This document shows positions 59,294 to 64,000 of a stretch of DNA of 64,000 nucleotides, one piece after another. The DNA is from Lingula anatina (lineage: Eukaryota; Animalia; Brachiopoda), in contig CM120643.1 of assembly GCA_051362555.1 (NCBI GenBank), forward strand, positions 8,866,001 to 8,930,000, written 5' to 3'. The notes under the pieces are model-generated. The model had not been told where the DNA came from. It ran no database searches and saw only the letters and a list, made by a program, of their open reading frames with translations. The position numbers and the translations under genes were made by a program. The first letter of the stretch is position 1, and each line of letters opens with the position of its first letter.

Positions 59294-60032
59294 TGAATTT
59301 TCACTGTACCTCATTCTGGCATTTCCAAAGTTTAACTCTTATCAGCCTGACACCTTAGGGACTATTTCCAGACCCTATCACGCTAACTGTGGATCGATCT
59401 ATCTCCATGGGAATTCTCGCTAAATTGCAATCAATGTAAGTGGCTTAGTTGTCTGTCACGCCTACTGAAACTGGCATGCCAGAATCCTAAGACTCTCAAA
59501 CTGAAAGCAATTTAGTGAGAAACCCCTTGGAGTTGCATTGATCCTGTTAGATTGATCTAGGTATGGGAACTTAGTCTAATGCTTGATACACATTTTACTT
59601 TCATCCTAATCCAATGTTATGCAGAATAAGAATTTGATGTTGGCTATGCAGTTACAGTAAGCATAATACATTAGTTCATCAGAATTGACAGTATCCTATT
59701 TCCTGCGTTTATGTCTTTAAACATTATATAAAATTATTTTATGCACTGTCATCATTTTTCAAATATTGAGACTTTCATCATGTGACTGTTGGAAGACCAT
59801 CAAAATGGAGGATGGATCAACATAGATACTTTGGAATACTGTCAGAAAATATCTCAGGGTCCACTCCTGTTATTGACCATGTTACCTGTTGTGCATGATT
59901 AAAATTCAGTGTTGACTGACAGTGCTATTATAAGCATTATTTATTATTGCATCAAAATTGATAAAATGACCTTTTTCTGCATCTTTATTTTCTGTTTTTT
60001 GTCTGTACATTTGTCAGCTTTGCTGCCTTGTT
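55790..60032 (+). mobile_element. HINE-like element, copy 3 (intergenic)
   Basis: Same 5' stem-loop, (GTCGCC)n, ~161-bp arrays and 3' TGTCTGTACA plus hairpin. Confidence 0.8.
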
Positions 60033-62835
60033 TTTCTTAGAGATGTATGTTTAAGATAAATTATAAATTCTTATCTCTTCTGTTTTGGTTGAAGTTGCTA
60101 TTTTAGGTGAATGACACTGTTTAATTCTTGTTAAGATCTGGCCTTTGCATTTCCTGTTTTTTTTAACAGATGCACTTCATTAATAAAGGTGCAGCAAGTT
60201 AAAATCACATTCAGGGTAATGTTCTTTATTCTATTTTCATTAAATTATTAGGGGTCACTGATCAAATTGTAAGTGTCTTCATTTTGAGCCTATACCATAT
60301 ACAGGTTATATTGTTCAAAATAACTAAAGCTAAAAATAAAAACAACTAAATCAGATTTCGAACATTTTTATTTAGACAACAAATTGACACTAAAAACTAC
60401 TGTAACAGTACTCAGATATTCACCCAAGCTTCCTGAGCTAACTGGAACTCAAACTAAAGATGACCACATTCACAAAGTATCTTAAATATAATTTATTTTT
60501 AAATGAGTGAATGTTGTTAGTCATCCAGTAGAAAAAGAATGATACATATGACTAACTCCCCATCACATATGTGCTACTGGAGCAAATGTGGTATCAGAGA
60601 AGCTATCTGGAAGAAAAACCAACACTGAACAAAAAAGGAGGCCTTAAGTTTAACCCCAAGTACATGTGAGATAGGGTACTGAACACTGTTTGTAGCAGTA
60701 TGACATTAGATCAGGTGACCAGACCATCCAGGTCATTCACTTAGTGAAAGGTCTCGGGTTGAGCCCACAATGTAAGTCAGTTGCTAAATGTATCAGTTAT
60801 TCATATTTATCAAAAAATTTTCTTATTCACTCGGTTTCTACTAATGTAACACTAAGCACTGATATGGAACAGAAGACTAAGCTCTGAAAACAGCAGTAAC
60901 AAATTATTTATCAGTTTAACAAATAGGAAGAGAGCAAACAACAAGGTTGTAAACACCAGCCGTTTCACTTCATACAACAATGACAACTGTAATGCCTTGA
61001 AGCTAGTGAAGAAAAGTTCTCTTTTACGAAGCATATTTATTGCACGTCTTGCTATCCAATCACTTTACAATATAAAATGATAAGTTTCGAGTTCTTGGAT
61101 TTATAAAAACAACCACACTAAACTAATATATTTTTTTCTCTGCCACAAGCTAAATGATGTTTGTCACACACTCAGATGCTTGTGTGTGTAGTAAATGCTT
61201 ATGGTAAGTTTCTGACAAACAGGGTTGCATCAAAGCATTTACACTGTTAAAAAAGTCAGTCTGTTTTAAATTTTAAAGCACATGCATTTTTATATAAATC
61301 CCTTTCCTGGTATTGGTAGAGTTTTGCTCTAGGCCTTCTTGTGATTTGTTTTCAAAATAAAAAAGGAAGGACAAATTTATTTATATCCTGATATTTGAAG
61401 TCTCGCATACATTAAAAAATTCTAATAAAAAATAATGCGACACATATGGTTTCAGAAAATGACAAATGCTGCAGTTTCATATCTCGTAAACAATAAATTA
61501 ACACTTATCACAACAAAAACATCACACTTGGCAACAAAGGCACATAGAGTAGGATCAATGATAATGACAACTGCCTCCTTGACAAGTGAATATCTAAAAT
61601 ATTCTATAATAAAACATTTAGCAGGTTTATGCTCATAACAAATAAGGCAAGTTGCCATTTCATGGTTAACATAAACTATATTATGGCAAGCTGCTATTCC
61701 CTTATTCTTCATTGTAAAGACCATTTTCTATCAAGCAATCCTACTTGCCTCAAAAACACTCAAACTTGGTTTTAAGTCAGTGAATAGTTCAAAGATCTTG
61801 TTTCTTGGGACTTTGTGCTGTAGTTTAGTATCTGAAAGCTTATTTGAAACTTTTCTAAAATATCTCTCAAACTCGTAATATGTATACCCTATAAATCATA
61901 TCATATTTCTTTGACTGTGGTTTAGATTGAAATATGTTTTGACCCATAAGCACCTTTATTTCGGCTTTTCCAGCCAATTAGATTAAAACTGCACAACAGT
62001 TGCTCACATTCAAAACATAGTGTTCTGAAATAGTTTTAGTAAAAAATCTCATAATAAAGTAGCCCAGGGGAAAACTGCCTCACACACAAATTCTTGGTTT
62101 CTTTAACAAATATATAATACATTATATATATATCATATGAATGTCACAATTATAATAATTGTAGTAATAAAACACAGTTTACCCAAAAGTTATGAAAAGA
62201 GGCTATGAATGGATTTTTATTTCACTGAGAAACTGGTTTAAGTTCATGAAAGGTATTTAAACTTAGTAAACACTAAGAGATACTTCAATATCAACAATCA
62301 ATACTGAAACTGTCATTTCCTCTGGCAAGGATTCCTTCAAAACCATTATCATACAAGAAAAAAACATGGTGTAAAAGGTTTGTATTTTATGTACTAGGGT
62401 AATTTGCTTTGTCTCACTGGAAAGCCCCTAGAAGTTTTCTCTTCTGTTGTAGTTAAAAAACTTTTCACTAGGTGTCACTTTGTTGTGCCTGACTGGTATT
62501 TCAATGTAGCCTTACATAAAAAAGTTCAATCACTCTATCATACATAAAGTATGTTTGCCATCTGGCAAATTCTGGCAGTATAAACTGAGCATATTTGGTG
62601 TGGTGTACATAACCTAAATATATCACCGGCCTCTTCTATACCCCCCCCCCCCCCAAAAAAAAGGGTTTTTGTTATATTTTAATACAAGTTAAAACTTGTT
62701 TCACATATTCACACCCACTGTGCTGACAAATTGACCACATCAACTTTTCTTCCTGTCCACTTAATTTTCTATTACAAATGCCCTGACTAAAGGCACTTCC
62801 AGAATTTTTACATCAATTTTACTCAAGCCATTTCT

Positions 62836-63477
62836 TCATTCTGACTTCAAGTGGTCTGGGTCACAATCTTCAAGTAAAGATTCGGCATCCTCTGTAAAAA
62901 ATACAATGCAGAATGTTCCATATTAACTCAATTAAGTAGTTGAAATGAATATTAGAGAAAATACACAGGGTACAATTGAACATTTGTATATGCAGCCTTA
63001 CATTATACATTATTTACATAATTTATTTCTCAAAGTTGAATTCCATTTACCCTGAATCAGATCCACCTTGTCAAAAAAATAAAAATAAAATAAAATAAAA
63101 TAAAATAAATAAATAAATAAATACTTCACCCTGCATTATCATTATTGTCTTTGTGTCCGTATGTTTTGTCTACTAACAACCAATCAATGAATGACCTTTT
63201 GCCGCAAACACCATAAACCTTTAAGTTCACAGTATCCAATAATACATATAAAATAAACATGCTACTTAAAAATAAGTGGGTGCAAGCTTCACAATTTCAA
63301 ACACCATTTACCTTCTAGGTTTGACATGTCTACTTCCCCGTAATCACCCTCGTCAGATTCCTCGTCTCCTGTGTTCTCGCTAGGTGGGCCGCACGCTGCA
63401 TAGCACACGATGCTGATCAAGGCACCGGGTAAGACGAAGATCAAGAAAAACATCAGCCTAGATGACATCCACACTGA
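62836..63477 (-). CDS. TMX3: Last two coding exons of thioredoxin-related transmembrane protein TMX3-like (TM helix + acidic tail)
   Basis: Exons 63477-63312 (SVWMSSRLMFFLIFVLPGALISIVCYAAC...acidic) and 62891-62836 (EDAESLLEDCDPDHLKSE*); resembles the TMX3 F-x-LP-xx-IS-xx-CY TM segment; thioredoxin domains are not in the window; candidate polyA signal at ~60367-60372. Confidence 0.7.
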
Positions 63478-64000
63478 CTGGAAGAGATAATCCATATTGT
63501 TAAATTTAAAAATAATTCAAGAATACAAATTTAAGTTATACAAAATGCTTTATTGGCTTAGAGTTCTTAATGTAACAAAGATCAGAATGGGAACATTTTT
63601 ACTTATCTTACAAATGTTAATCTATATTTAATCATGTGTAAACAATTAAAAAATATGAAGATTTATCATTCAAGTCAATGCAAGATAGGTGTTAATGTAC
63701 AGATACTTACTATAAACATAGATATTATTTCATAAAGAATTCTTTGCACTCTCTGTAAGAATCCTGTTCCCCCTTTGGCCTAAAGAAAAAAATGAAGACA
63801 AATACTACAATCTGCCTACTCAGAAATGCATAATTTAATCTAAAAACACTGAGGCATTAAAGGATGAATTTTAGTAGAAAGACAATTTTAATTATTGAAA
63901 ATATACATCTGAGCTGACTTGATCAACACTAATGTGCAAACCTGAATCAGCAATAAATAATTATATTATAATAATTTCAATAATGCCTTCTGAGGTTCCA

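Overview
AT-rich, intron-containing animal genomic DNA. It is probably a mollusc or other lophotrochozoan; this is inferred from the gene and TE repertoire, not shown directly. Six protein-coding genes can be spliced together by hand: CEP72-like (-, 5' part, runs off the left edge); a stand-alone ~280-aa Schlafen/AlbA_2-domain gene (+, head-to-head with CEP72); an intronless RING-Bbox-Bbox-coiled-coil-NHL TRIM gene nested antisense in a Schlafen intron; CCDC102A-like (-); a ~1240-aa multi-zinc-finger gene (+, head-to-head with CCDC102) carrying three copies of an unusual bipartite Cys/His module, a KH-like segment and a C2H2 array; and the 3' end of TMX3-like (-). Introns hold many non-autonomous DNA transposons: an Academ-like element with ~750-bp TIRs nested in a TTAA (Kolobok-like) MITE, hAT and Harbinger-like MITEs, a foldback hairpin, and three Helentron-associated (HINE-like) elements with ~161-bp satellite arrays. 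Notable splicing signals are a U12-type intron in CEP72 and a GC-AG intron in the Schlafen gene. Exon coordinates were read by eye and family calls come from motif recognition; no searches were run.
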